Source: Archangium sp. | Lineage (GTDB): Bacteria; Myxococcota; Myxococcia; Myxococcales; Myxococcaceae | NCBI GenBank assembly: GCA_031367385.1 | Contig: JANLPS010000046.1 | Span: 1-16,590 of the forward strand | DNA: 16,590 bases | Direction of reading: 5' to 3' | Shown: one piece after another, positions 15,232 to 16,590 of the stretch | How the letters are laid out: the number at the start of each line of letters is the position of its first letter | Numbering within the stretch: the first letter of the stretch is position 1 | Notes under the pieces: generated by a model | Database searches by the model: none | Seen by the model: the letters and a program-made list of their open reading frames with translations, nothing else | Told to the model about the DNA's origin: nothing | Translations under genes and position numbers: made by a program

Positions 15232-16344
15232 TCACGGGCCGAATTGCAGCCCATCGCCGTTGAACGACGCGGGTTGCACTTCGAATGAGAACGGCAAGCG
15301 CTGCATCGAGCTGCCGTCGAACGGGCCGATGCTCACGGCGGTCAGAAGGCTGCCGCCATAGGTGCCAGCGCGAAGCAGCACTCCTACGCCATCGAGGTAG
15401 CTCACGTCGAACGACTTCGGGGCAAGCATGCCAGCGTTGTTTTGGGCCACCCACGCCTCGAGGTCGCACTGCTCGGGGAGCTTCAGCTCGACCTGGCCCA
15501 CCGAGACCTCGACCGATTCGCGCCCGATAGCGCCAAGTACTTGGGAGCGCGACCACTTGACCGGCTTGACCCCGTGGAGAATGACCGAGCCGACCACTTG
15601 GCTCAGCGATGGGTCGAGCAGGTTGATGGTCGCATCGCGGTAGGTACCCTCGCCACGTGCCCACTCGTTGAGCCAGTCTTTCACCGCGGTGTTGCTGCCG
15701 AAACCAGTGAACGTGACGTTGTCGACCGTACCCTGGCAGCTGCTCCAGGTCTGCCACCCACCGGCACTGGGGCCCATCGGCGTGGCAGCCCAGCGCGCCG
15801 TAATCGCCGACACCGACGAGGTGCGAAGGCCATACAGCGCCGTGGTGGAGAAGTTGCTCGCGACGCTTGCGAGCGATTTTTTGAGCACCACCGGCCTGAG
15901 CAAGCGGGGCGGGCGCTGAGCGACCAGCTCTCCACCCTCGAGCGACAGCCACGCAGGGCACAACCTGCCGGTGCAGCAGTTGTCAATCGACGCCCGCAGA
16001 GCAGCGCCACCAAGAAACGCGGCGGTTGAGCTTGGCCAGGGAGTCGTTGGCTGGCCGACCCAGTCGGTGTTGGCCGCAGGGCAGTAATTCGCTTGCGCCT
16101 CTTGGCACACCCAGGCCGTGCCGCTCCAAACCGGGTTTTGGCCCACCTGACAGGTCACGCCCGCAAGTGCCGCAGGGCCTTGAGGCCCGACGGGGCCGGT
16201 CGCTCCCATGGCCCCAGGCGCGCCCTGGTCTCCTTTCGGGCCTTGTGGGCCGGTCATGCCAGCTTGCCCTGTCGCTCCACCGGCGCCGCTCCCACCGGTG
16301 CACCCGACGAAGCCTGCGAATGCAATGACCCAGATGAAGCGCAT
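15232..16344 (-). CDS. Predicted lipoprotein (370 aa) with a collagen-like stalk and phage tail-tube (T4 gp19/Afp1-like) domains
   Basis: ATG 16344 with AAAGGG upstream; signal MRFIWVIAFAGFVG-C; 12 G-X-Y triplets; CQVGQNPVWSGTAWVC. The segment NVTF..SNTAVKDWLNEWARGEGTYRDATINLLDPS..VVGSVILHGVKPVKWS..GRESVEVSVGQVE follows the gp19-family pattern as I recall it. Confidence 0.75.
   Translation of the reverse strand: MRFIWVIAFAGFVGCTGGSGAGGATGQAGMTGPQGPKGDQGAPGAMGATGPVGPQGPAALAGVTCQVGQNPVWSGTAWVCQEAQANYCPAANTDWVGQPTTPWPSSTAAFLGGAALRASIDNCCTGRLCPAWLSLEGGELVAQRPPRLLRPVVLKKSLASVASNFSTTALYGLRTSSVSAITARWAATPMGPSAGGWQTWSSCQGTVDNVTFTGFGSNTAVKDWLNEWARGEGTYRDATINLLDPSLSQVVGSVILHGVKPVKWSRSQVLGAIGRESVEVSVGQVELKLPEQCDLEAWVAQNNAGMLAPKSFDVSYLDGVGVLLRAGTYGGSLLTAVSIGPFDGSSMQRLPFSFEVQPASFNGDGLQFGP
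16171..16278 (-). repeat. Collagen-like (Gly-X-Y)12 coding repeat
   Basis: GAT GQA GMT GPQ GPK GDQ GAP GAM GAT GPV GPQ GPA (aa 23-58 from ATG 16344). Confidence 0.92.
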
Positions 16345-16590
16345 GTGTTCAGCCCTTTGAAGTGTCGAGCGTTTTACCGCCGCGCGTCGTGTCACCGGTA
16401 TGCCCCGTTTTTCAAGCTCGCGCAGCCACCCGTCGTCGGGGTCAATCGCACGCCCTTCGTCACGAGGCTGACGATCGCCCCCTCGCACGACGATGAGTCG
16501 ACGAGTCACCCAAGCCACGCGCCAAGGCACTGGTCGCGACGAGCAGTGGTCCGCGAGACACTCCGAACCCGCCCACCTCAAAAGCCGCCG

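Noticed and set aside
15232..16590. Prophage or complete eCIS/T6SS locus
   Set aside because: No integrase, sheath, baseplate, spike or capsid genes in the window. Only one exported tube-like fusion is visible, although genes beyond 16590 cannot be seen.

Overview
A high-GC window with a myxobacterial look (inferred from Gly/Thr-DGG linker proteins, HEAT-repeat PepN, several lipoproteins and a sigma54-type promoter). In order it contains: the 3' part of a Gly/Thr-rich lamin-tail-domain protein; a YyaL/SSP411 thioredoxin-domain protein; a YceI lipoprotein; an IGHMBP2/Upf1-like SF1 helicase; a 56-aa protein behind a probable sigma54 promoter; a GtrA family protein; thiL; an M1 aminopeptidase with HEAT repeats; an unknown helical protein preceded by a degenerate 21-bp periodic tract; and a translationally coupled four-gene molybdoenzyme operon (dihaem cytochrome c lipoprotein, 2Fe-2S subunit, Tat-signal IorB-like subunit, MocA-like nucleotidyltransferase). 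The most unusual element is the last gene (15232-16344, minus strand). It encodes a predicted lipoprotein with a collagen stalk and a fibre-type Cys knuckle, followed by what appear by eye to be two T4 gp19/Afp1-like tail-tube domains, one nested inside the other, with no phage or eCIS genes in view. All family calls come from motif recognition; no searches were run.
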